64,000 nt of DNA from Podarcis melisellensis (Eukaryota). The notes under the pieces were generated by a model. The model searched no databases and was not told where the DNA came from. It worked only from the letters and a program-made list of their open reading frames with translations. Position numbers and translations under genes: made by a program. Below are positions 11,101-23,100 of the stretch, in pieces (positions within the stretch are counted from its first letter, which is position 1; the number at the start of each line of letters is the position of its first letter). The stretch lies in the NCBI GenBank assembly GCA_964234715.1, contig OZ174280.1; one strand, written 5' to 3'.

Positions 11101-14080
11101 AGGAAGTTCATGAAATGAAATTTTGCCACCCCTCCCTCCCACCGACTTGTGCCTCCCTGAAAAGCCTCTTCTGCAGACTGGAGATTCTTTAATGGACAAT
11201 GTGGGATGGGAGCATCACTCCAAATTGAGCAGACCTTTCCCCACATTATTCAGGAGAGGTCCCTGAAGAGCTTTTTCGAAGAGTCAAACCTTCCTTCAGT
11301 GAACTTCCTTAAAGTTCTTAGGATCCAAGCCTCCAAATACAATGATCTTACAAAACTGATTGGGTACCTTGTCCATTGGTCTGAGTGGCTGGTGGTGCAC
11401 TAGGCGGAGCTGCAGGTGGTGGCTGTGCTTGCTGCTGATAATAGTGAGCATAATAAGCTGCCCATGCTGCTGAATTAGGGTCTGTTGGCTTACCTAGGAA
11501 ATTAAACATTAATTTAAGTTCAACATATCTTCGGTAGGCTTCCTTTATTTTCCATAGGCTATAGTTTAGTCACACAGTTCCTGTCTAATTGGCCGTATAC
11601 AAACCATATTTTGGTTCAAGGCTGCAATCCTAAATACACTTATCTTTTACATTATGGCATGCACAGGATTTTGCTTTAAGTCAAAGTAGCCCAGGTCAAT
11701 TTCGTAAACTTTCAACAGTATTTAGTTTGTAGTCACGTGACTCAAATTGCAATCCTATGCAAACTTCCTTGGTAGTGAATGTCAATAAATCAGTAGGATT
11801 TGTTTCAGAGTCAACATATTTAGGAATTTTAAAAATAATGTACCATTTTATCTCGTTTTAAACTTGGAACTCAATGCAATCGAACACCATCTTGGCTGGA
11901 CACGAGAATATATGTAGTTTTAAAAATTGTTCCTCCTTACCAGGATCTGGAGGATTCGGTGGCTGCCAGTGTGGATAAGCATTACCCCATCCTTGCGGAG
12001 CATATGGTGCTGGAGGGCCACTAAGGAGGAAGCGTATGTGCAATCATTATTAAATAGAAATGGAAAGCAACAAAACACAGCAGTTGCAGCTACTTCAGAC
12101 TTCTAAACAAGTCACATGGTTGCTACTGGTGCTTGGAGGGACAGAACCCCCAATTTACAGCACTTTCCCCACCCAGTGCTGGAACACCCTATTTCTGGGG
12201 AAAGCTCTAATTAGCTATTTGCAGCTGCAACTACTGTAGCAAATGCATTAAAATCAATCCTGGAAATGGGTTGAAACCAAAGGGTTATGCAATAATGTTT
12301 TTGGTTACTTGGTGAATAAAAATGTTAATTTACTAGCACTTAGAAAATGTGTTATTAGGTAGCAAAAACAAGTTTTGGCCTGAATTCTACTGATATAGCC
12401 CCGTGTTTGGGAGTAAGGAGAGTGAAGGTGGAGAAGGGATCTGCTCAGTTTTGTGGTTAAGTAGCTGTCAAAACAAAACAAAACAAAACCCGTCCCAGTA
12501 GCAAAAGGGTTTGTGATTTCTATTTGATACTTTTGTAAATTTATTTCTAAGAGTAAGTTACTTACTGAGGTGCAGGACCAGGAGGGCCAGGTGTATAGGG
12601 AGCTGGATTGTAAGGTCCCATTGGAGCTCCAGGAGGCGGCCCAGGGGGCCCATGTGGCCCAGGGACAACACCATGAGGTCCATGTGGCACAGGTGGCCCC
12701 AAAGGATTTACTGGACCCTGAAAGCAAAGATAAATGACATGGATGAAGTTGCTATCAACCAACTGTAAGAACAAGCTTGTTCCAATATCCAACTAATGCT
12801 CCTCTTCTCTAAATATCTCCTTCGGGGAAGGAATTCCAGCTCTCCATCCCTCCGGAAATCCTTTGCTCTAAAAAGATTCTGCAGTCACACTAACTTTTAC
12901 AGAACTCACATTATTTGGTTCTCATGTAGCTTCTTACAGTAATCAGTGGACTAAGAAGACATTCAAACTTAGAAGTACTAGCTCCTTGACTGCTAACAGT
13001 TCATGGGGTAAACAGCAATTGTACTAGGGCAAATAGCTTGACATATTCGCTACTCAAATAGCTCTATGACATGTGAGAAAATGCATGAAGAATGCAAGGT
13101 ATATTTTGTGTATTTCCCCCAAAGCTGCCATTTACTATTAGCATCATGAGGCAACTTCTGCACAACTATCATAGGAACTGGTTTCCTCTTACTTTACATA
13201 ACAACTAAATAAATATGGTTTTCCAGAATACTTACTCCAATCTTTTCTTCTATGAGCTGGCGAGCATAGTCAATCTGCTGTGGTGTTCCCCGGATGGTAA
13301 ACAATTTCATATTTGGATCTGCATTTGGTGGTGGGTTTCTTTGCAGTTCTATTCTAGCACCAGATTGCTGGCTAATGCTCTTGATAGTTTCACCACCTGA
13401 AATTTAAAGTACAAATTATTGCACTGAATTTGTTGCTAGTTCCTAAAGAAACAGAGTAGGGAAATTTTAAACAAGTCTATGCTCCCCTGAAGAAATATTA
13501 TCAGTCTAAAACAGAGCAAGACCTCTTGAACAGATTCACTTCAGGCTGTATCTGAATTTGTGGTGGGAACCTTTTTGTTCCATTGTTTTACTGGCCCTAT
13601 TCAGGAGGAGGAGGAGTACAAGTCACACATTCTCTAGCTCCTCCAGGAAAAGTGACACTTCTACCACCTCAGTCCCAGTGCCTAATCGATGCCAGTAAGA
13701 TGGTGTCACACATAACTCAACATTGAATACAGCTACCCCATTTAGAAAATCTCAGTTTAAATGTAACAGAAGATAGAAAAGCGATCTGCCAAATAAATCA
13801 AGTTTATTACCTTTCCCAATAATTAATCCAGTTTTTCCAGTCGGGACAATGAAATTAAATTCTTGCAATCCACCAGGTGGTCCCATATTCCAATTGCCCT
13901 GACCTCTACCTCGTCCACGACCTCCAGGTCCTGGACCACCAGGATTGCCAGCCTAGATTGAGATGAATAACACAAAAGAAAATCAGAAATAATTCAAAAA
14001 TTACTGCAACCTAAAAAGACTAGCAATTTTCCCTCTGCCAAAATTACAAAAATACAATGCATAGTGTATATATGCCAATG

Positions 14081-14128
<48 letters not shown>

Positions 14129-17100
14129 ACAATATTTTTGCAGACGTTGGAGAATCTATTTTACTTTTTTTGATCCTTCTGATACCTCAATGTCAGCTGA
14201 ATGAAAAGCATTTGGGCCAAGGAACCATGGGGACGGATAAGGAAGGGATAGGGGTTTACCTAAAATATGGCATACATTTTATGTGCACCTGGGGCAGAGA
14301 TGTGAAACAAAAAGCATAGCTACCACTAGCAAATGTCTGCGCAGGGTATACTGCTTCAAATTGACATGACATGAGTATTGCTCTATATAGTGGGGGAGGA
14401 GAGCTGATATTTCACAACTGGCAACCAAAGGAGTGCATTTACCTCCATACCAAATAAATGGCATGGAATAGGGTCCACACTTAGCCCTTCTTTGACATGC
14501 TTTTTTTTTTTTGTATGAGCCTCTACCTGCAATCTGAAGTAACTCAGTGCAGACATAGCTTTAGGGATACAAAAGGCACCCTGATGGACTAGACCAATAG
14601 CCCATCTTATTAAGCATCCTGTCGCCCAAGGATCAACCAGATATCTATGGGAAGACCGCAAGCAGGATGAGCACAATCACCTCAGTGAAAACCATATCTT
14701 TGACAAACAACCTTACCTATCAATGTTGCCTGTATTTCCCCAGAATGACAGCTTTCAGTCAACAATCTTTCTATGTACGCTGCTAATCAGCAACACCATG
14801 CTTGGCAAACACAGTGTTGGCTAACCCACACTGAGGTGAGGCTCAGCAGTTATCTATCCCACTGAAAACCATCAAATGCCACAAAGCTTAGAAGGACAAA
14901 GTTCCATTAATCCTAGAATTGAAGTGTCTCATGCCAGCAGTTTTACATATGAAAGCACACCCCAGAAACTGATGATAACTTATTTCACACTATTAAATTA
15001 TTTTGCAAAGTATTTTTTTCCTGGATTGAGGATTTCTGTAGCCCTGCAGTGGTTGAACAAGAATCACAAACAGGCACTGACAATTTGCAGAGTTGATGTT
15101 TTCTTTTAACCCAGAATGGCTACCATAGGTAGGCTAGTGGATATTTTTGGTTTCAAGGCTAGAAATTTGTTAACACAGCTATTTAAGTAACTATCACAAA
15201 TACTAAAGCTCCCATTAGCCCACTTCCTTTGAAGTTGAGAAATGTACTCAAATACATTTTAAAAGAAACCCAGTAATATTTTATAAACCACTTGATTTCA
15301 TAAACATTCCTAGCAGCTATGAACCAACCTGAACACTTCGAAGAAGATCCGTAATAATTTCTGCTGCATGTTGGCATCTGTCTGGAGGTCCTGTGATTTG
15401 GGCTATTCTGTCTGGAGTTGTTCCATCATCTGGAAGAGGAATGGAATATTAAAACAAATTTCCTTTAAAAATTAGGAGAAAACCTCTGAATTTTATGTCA
15501 TGTACATATAGGCAGTTCACCTGGTTTGAACTGTATCCTCACACCAGCATCATTCTGTATCTTTTTAATCATTTCTCCATTTCTTCCAATTACAATACCA
15601 ACTGCAAATCTTGGAATTGGTACCTGAAGAAACAAAACAAATTTTCAGCGAATGTTTCAAAGCAATCAAAAGAATTTATCTAGGTTTAGGTCACTACTTT
15701 TGACACATCTCAAACATACAAGCAACCCACAATAAAGCCGCCGTGAAAAGGATTAGGTTAACAAAAGGTCAGAGAACAGTAGGAAATTTAATAGCTGTAC
15801 ACCAGGCTTCCTCAACCTCGGCCCTCCAAATGTTTTTGGCCCACAACTCCCATGATCCCTAACTAGCAGGACTAGTAAAGGGATGATGGGAATTGTAGTC
15901 TCAAAACATCTGGAGGGCAGAGGTTGAGGAAGCCTGCTGTAAACCTTTCCAAGCTATTTTTCTAACAAAATATTTAATACAACCCATAAGTATCATAACC
16001 ATTATGTTTTAGAGAAATAGTTCAATAATTGCCAAGAAGTTCATCGCTAAGTTTATAAGGGCCAAAAAATGAAATAAAAATCTGTTATTATTCTTTTTAT
16101 TTATATCCTGTCCTTTCTCCTGGAAGAATCAAGGCGGCATACAGTTAAAACAGAAACAGCTAAAAACATAGGGGGGAAAGCAATCGCTAAAAATAAAATA
16201 AAAAATACATTAATAGTATATACAAGCATCTCATTACATACTTTCCTGCCCTTTATTCTAATTTGAAGAAAAAGAAGTGCTCTGAAAAAGTCACATTTCA
16301 TAAAATGTTCTCATTATACTCACATCTAATCCTTCATTTCCTCCTATTCTTGAGCCATATTCATTGCGCACCTCTCTAAAACCACCTTGATCACGAATTA
16401 GGTCCAAAACCATTTCCTTGGCTTGCTAAAAGAGAATGAGGTACAATTCAGATGCAACAATCTTAAAAGGAACATTATATAAAGGAAAATTATTTTTTAA
16501 AAATAAAATATCATCTTACTTGAACTTTGTAAGGATCTCCTGTGATTCTAAGAGGTTTGTCTGCTCCAGTGTTCTGTGGTCCATCTTGAATCATTACCAT
16601 TTTTACACCAGCTCTCTCCTATATTCAACAAAAGTAATCTGTACAGATCATGCAAATTTAGTACTTTAATGCATTTGCCCACAAATTAATTGTTTTCAGC
16701 TTACCTGAAGTTGCTTTATTGTCTCTCCACCTTTTCCAATAACTAATCCTGCTTTGCTAGCTGGAATCATAATTTCCTGGACTGCATTTCCTGGACCATC
16801 CCCATGATGGAATCCTGGCGTAGGCCTTCCTTTTTCAACTATCTGATCAAGTAATCTCTTGGCAGACCTTGAAAAATATACAATTTATAATAGTGGCAAG
16901 ACTGGGGAAAAACATAACTGGAACAAACAGCAGAGTAAAATGGGTGATGGCTAACTAGAAAAGCAAGTAATCTGCTTAACAGTAAATGAAAATCTGTGAC
17001 TCTTTACAGTGCCCACAGCACTTCCATTTAGGAAGGAGGACAAGAAACATGTCATTGAGTATAAGCAACACGGATGCAAAAAGAAAAAGGCAGGGCATGC

Positions 17101-20100
17101 AGATGATCGAAAACACAGAACATGAAGATCTGCAGAATAGTGCAGATAAGAGAAAGGTAGGTTAAAATGTACTGGATATACCTGGGGGGGGGGGAGACCT
17201 CAAACTATACAAGTTTAGCCATGCCTAAACAATGATCATTCTTCACCTAGGACACCAGAAAGTAATTTCTGACATAGTACACTATGCTCTTTAACATATA
17301 GAACCATAATTAAAAACACGTCAGCCTATTTGAAAGTTTTAAGCAAACACTTACTGTACTGACTCTGGGGTTCCAGTTAACATGCAAGATCTTTCAGGCA
17401 TGCCACCACTATCTATAAAATGGAAATAGTACAGAATTAATACTACTAAAGAAAGAAATCAGTAGCTAGCAATTATGCATTAACTGAATTACACATTCAA
17501 AAGGTACTCAAAATCAATTGTCCATAATGTATCCAAATTTTAACCCATTACATGTTCCCAAAATAGTTTCTCTTAAAGAGTGGAAAATAATTAAAAACAC
17601 TGGTTTGGTTGTAACATTACTTGCTTGTGTTCCATACTTTTCATTAATAGAACAGGAAATGAAATAGTTACCAGGTGCAATCTGTATTTTGCATCCAGAT
17701 TCTTGCTGTATGCGAGAAATCTGTTCTCCTCCTCTGCCAATTACTTGAAAAATGGACAAACAAACCAGAATTATTGCACGAATTGCATTCAGTGTATTTT
17801 AATTACTTTATAGCAATGTTACACTACTTACTGAATCCAACCATTCCATCAGGAACTTTGTATTCTTCTGTCATTACAGACCTGAAAAAAATAACAAAAA
17901 CTATATTGTACCTTGCTTGGAATTCTCTCAATAAACTTCAGAATTATATTGTGTTATCTAGTTCCTATTAGTTTTTTTTCCTTTGCCAGATTTGTAGTTT
18001 TGCAAGCCTACAAATGATAGTAATTTTATCAGTAGCCAATTATTTTAAATTAATAGGTACAATAATATCAATAATTTGCATAGATTTGAATTTCATAATC
18101 ACTACATGTGATTTAAGGCAGAGGTTTGCACAAGAGGACTTCCACTTATGCAACAGGATTTTACCTTGCTCTTCTCCATCCTGCATCCTCCTACATGCCT
18201 CTAAAATTTACTCTGGTTTTCCCCAACATGCAAGAGCAGATTTGGGGGCATGTAGGAGGAAGGAGAGGAAGGTTAAGCCCCACTGTGTGAGTGGAGAGCT
18301 ATTCTGCTCACACAAGAACAGCAATGGACAATTTGTGACCATTTGCTGGGGATGCAGGAGAAAACATGGTCAGGTGGAGATGCCTCTGAGTCCACATAAA
18401 TAGAAAATAGCCCTGTCTACTTTTAATTTAAATACAGAAGTCACAAATAACAGCAAATATATGAAAAGCATATGTAAAGAGAAATAAAAGATTGGGGAAA
18501 TGTAATAAAACTACATGCATGATCTATCCTACAATGCAGGAGGAAATTCACTAATGAACACTTCTTTTCATTTACCTTTTCAAACGAACCCTATCAAGCT
18601 GATTTAAGCCTTATTTCTTGTCCTTAAACATAGTAACACCCTTACTGATCCAAGCTATTTTGAAAGATGCAATGATTTCTCTGTCATGCTGAACTGCCTG
18701 GCATCTTATTTTCAAAGAGATCTGAGTAGCAATGACATATTTGCTTACATTGCCATCAAAGTAATGAATAACATCCTGATTCAATTTTAGCTGAAGGCAG
18801 TAAGAGAACGTTGGTTTAATATGGATGGCATATTTTTAAAAATCATACTTTTTGGAAAGTGGCATGGTTACTCTAAGAAACCACACACACATGCTACATT
18901 ATTAATCAGTTGCCTGTTTCTAAAATATGCCTTGAAGGCTCAGATTTGTAGCTCACACAGCTAAGCATCCAATCCTGTACAATGCTTGCTTAGAGGTACG
19001 TAATAAGCACAAATATAAGCACTGTAAGGGAGTAATACTATACACATTAGCTGAAATAAAGCAAGCTGATGCAAGTTAAACTGGTGTAAAGTTACACCAG
19101 ATCCAAATTTCCTGGCAGTTTTTAGGTCTATTCAAAAGGGACAAATTAAATTTGCAAAGTCGATGAATTAACATACTGGAGTCATTCCTGCTTGGGATTG
19201 TTATATGCAATTTTGAAGTACTTTTATAATTTTTTGGGAGAAGTCAATACGAACAGTTACATCTTAGAAGAATCAGAAAAAAGTATCCTACCTCTGTTGC
19301 TGATGCATGGGTGGCATCTGATTTCCAAAGGCTAAAATAAATATATACAGTAAATATTTTAATTCCATTAAATGCTCTGGAATAAATGACAATGGGTGCA
19401 ACACACAGCCTACTATATGAACAATTTGCATTTATATTAACTTTTTTCATCTCTCCCATTCAACCCAAAGTATCACAACTACAATTACAATCCTAAACTC
19501 ATGTAGTGGGAGTAATCCTCACTGAACTCAACAGATAGAGGTGGGTAAGACAGCACTATAATTATCTCACACGGGGGAAATACAGCACTGGGTACAATAG
19601 CTGAGGTCAGACAGAGAACCAAACCATGAATTGATGATTGAAGAAGCCTACAATGAGACATAGGCTTAGGTTTTTGTCCTGTCGTATGCCCAGTGTAACC
19701 ATTTCCTTCCAACTTTGCTGATAGCTGAGAAGCAAACTATGACTGAGGCTTCACAAGGTATATCTGGATAGCAAATCAATATCAAACTCTGGTATGCATG
19801 GAAAACAGACATAATCTGCCAGCCAGAAAGTAAAGACAAATTATAGATTGCTACAAACTGAGAAGAAATGAATTAGGTCAAGAATACAAGGATAGGAGAG
19901 CAAGAACCAAGCTCACTGTTTTTCCTACTCTTATGTAAAACTTCCCCCCTCTCTCCCTACCCTTATACAGCACATTATTATGAAGTAAGATCAATGGAAC
20001 TTGTCTCTTCAGTGGGCAGAACATTTTTGCCTTCACCTTTAAGGTTTCTTCTCCTATCCCAATGAATAAGTAGTCAATAAACACGCATTAGGATTTTCTT

Positions 20101-23100
20101 TGTGTTGGGGTAACACACTATATGTACAATCACCAACCCAAAGTCCTATCTCCCACTCTCTTTTGAAGCAAGGGGTACGAGTTGCATGTGGCTTGCCCCT
20201 TTAGTAACAGAATATCACTGGCTCTGTTCAACACTGCAGCTTCACTAGCACAAGATATTGCAGTGTTAGCAAGAAAACGTCCCTCTCCTGTTCCCTTCCA
20301 CAAAATCAGCTCCAGAGTTTAGGGAACCCACTGGAGCAGATGGATGGGGCAGAAGATAGGAAACCTAAGTCCTGTTATGCCAGTGGAACCCTGATGCCAC
20401 TGCATTGGATAGAATTACCTTCCCTTGGTTTTTTTTTTTTAACAGCAGCTGATACTTCCTGTAATAGCAGCATTGGATTTAATCTGTTGTTGCTAGCCTT
20501 TCCAGCTGTAATACTTTGGGTTGTTTTTAATGCTGCTAGTTCACTCGCACAATGGCACTCCTCCCCTGTAGTCCACAATGCACCCTAACCCTAAAAACCT
20601 TCTCCAGGAGGTTGGAGAACCCTCCAGAACAGATTGTAGGGCACAGGTGAGAGAAGAGGCAGGGGAAGTCAGTTGAGCAAGCAGAACTCTGCTGGTGTAG
20701 TGTTGGATACAACCCATTATTATTTTGTATTTTGCTCCTTACCAATAGTAACTTTTTTTGTTATGCATATTATTGATAGGGTCCATATTCAACTGTTTAA
20801 AATCTAGGGCTAGATCTAGAGGATTGTGGCACCTGTCCGCTACTGTATGGAAGGTGAATGGCGGATTTCTGAGGAATAAATTGGATGGTTCCATAAAGTG
20901 TGGTCTCTCAAGGATGAATCCTGGGACTTGCACTTTATACTTGTTCATAAATGACCTGGAGAAGTGAGGCAGCCAGGTTTGCATAACATCATATTGTTGA
21001 CTCCAGTCTGTGAAAAAGGCAAGCTCCATTCTAGAAATCATTACCAGCCCATATTGTAATGCCTTCAATTCAAATGCACTTGGAATAGTGTGTACCTGTT
21101 CACCTTCCTTGAGGCCAGAGGTGAGATGCACTGTGGGGTTTTTATTGTTCCTGCTGCTGTTTGTATGTTTTCATGATGATCTAAAGTGTTAACTGTTTTG
21201 TTTTTATATACTTATTTTGGTTATAATGCATATGTATGCCATATATCATTTGGCTGAAAGGCAGGCTATAAAATTTCAAAATAAAGTTCTGATCATCACA
21301 ACTACAAAGGGGTATTGTAGAGCTGGAAGTTTCAAGAAAGGGCAACCAAGATGATCATGGAGCTGAAACCCTGTCCTACAAGGGAATTACAACATTTGAG
21401 TGTTTATAGCATGCATAGGGATGATGGGAGTTGTAGTCTGACGGGCTCTTAAAGAATGCTGCAGCTGCCCAAGAGGACTGCCTGCTGAGGGCCTCTTTCC
21501 ACCTGGCTTGGGGCGGGGCTTGACAGGCTTCAGAAGGACTGCAGCTGCTGCTCAGCAGAGGGTTCCTCTTCTAATTTTTATCTGTGTTGTTTTAAATAAG
21601 AATCTTGGCTGTCAGGCCTGGACCCTGCCTTGCTGGCCTTTTCCCATCTGGCCTGGGAGAGTGGAGTGGACTACTGACTCCAGCTACAAAACCTGTTGGA
21701 ACAGATTCTTGGGCTGTAATATTTGGTTGTGTACATTTTGATGTGTTTTATTTATTGTTTATGACTTCTGTGATGTTTGTAATTATGTACCGTATTTTTC
21801 GCCCTATAGGGCGCACCGGCCCATAGGCTGAACCTAGTTTTTTTTTTGGGGGGGGAATAAAGATTTTTTTTTATCCCCCCCCCCAAACCTGAGCTTCTCC
21901 TGACCCCCAGAACACGCTGCTATCCGCAAGCTCACCAGTTGGGGACCCAAGTTTGAGAAACACTGTACTAAAAACAAGTTTCTCAACACTTTTACATTAG
22001 GCTGCTTTTACTTCTGTGCATTTCACAATATTAACCAACAGATAGAGACGCCTTGATGAATGACTAATTAATGTGCTTATCAGGCTTCCAGACTGCATTT
22101 CTCACACACCAAAAGATGTGCTGCTCTATACAATAATTGCAACTATGGGTTGGAACAATGAACTATTAACAATAGGAAAATATAAACTAATGCCTTTCCA
22201 CCGATACTTCTGTAAAGGTTAAGTGTAAGAACATAGTTGTTTCACTTTTCTTACAGAGCTCTTTGGAATGAAGTATAAAACAGTCCTCCAGTGAGCAGAA
22301 GACATCTTCCACACAAAGAAGGAACCTTTTGGATCTAACAAAATATTTCCAAAGTAACTATCTGGTCTTTCAGAAGGCAAAAATAGAAGGAAAAATGGTT
22401 TTTAGTAAATTCACCACACCCCTCTCCTTCATAATGCTACACATATGAGAAACCTGCTCTAAATTCCATAGCAGAGTGGCAAATCAAAGACCTACTGTGC
22501 ATACACAAATTCAAATTGATGCAAACCATACTCTGAACCTACGTCTTGCCCCAACTAGATACTGTGCTCAATCCTTTTATGCTGCAGCCATATATTGCTA
22601 CCTGTCTCCCAAGCACCATTAAAGAACCTAGCTGCTCAATAAGCTTTAATATCTCTATTCTCTATTATAAGCAGCAGACAACAAGGCAAGGCATGGGATT
22701 ATACTATAATGCCTTTTAACAACTTGTCTCATTGGGTACATTGCTAGTTAAGGTCAGCATAGTGTTAACCAATTATTATGGAAGGTATTTCTAAACATGA
22801 TGGGAAGCACACATTTCAAATGCATTGAAAGAACATGCTGCAGTATCTACAACATTCTGAGATACCCCTGCCCGTACGGGCCAGTCGTGTCCGACTCTAG
22901 GGTTGTGCGCCCATCTCACTTAAGAGGCCGGGGGCCAGCGCTGTCCGGAGACACTTCCGGGTCACGTGGCCAGCGTGATGAAGCTGCTCTGGCGAGCCAG
23001 CACCAGCGCAGCACACGGAAACGCCGTTTACCTTCCCGCTATAAAGCAGTACCTATTTATCTACTTGCACTTAAGGGTGCTTTCGAACTGCTAGGTGGGC

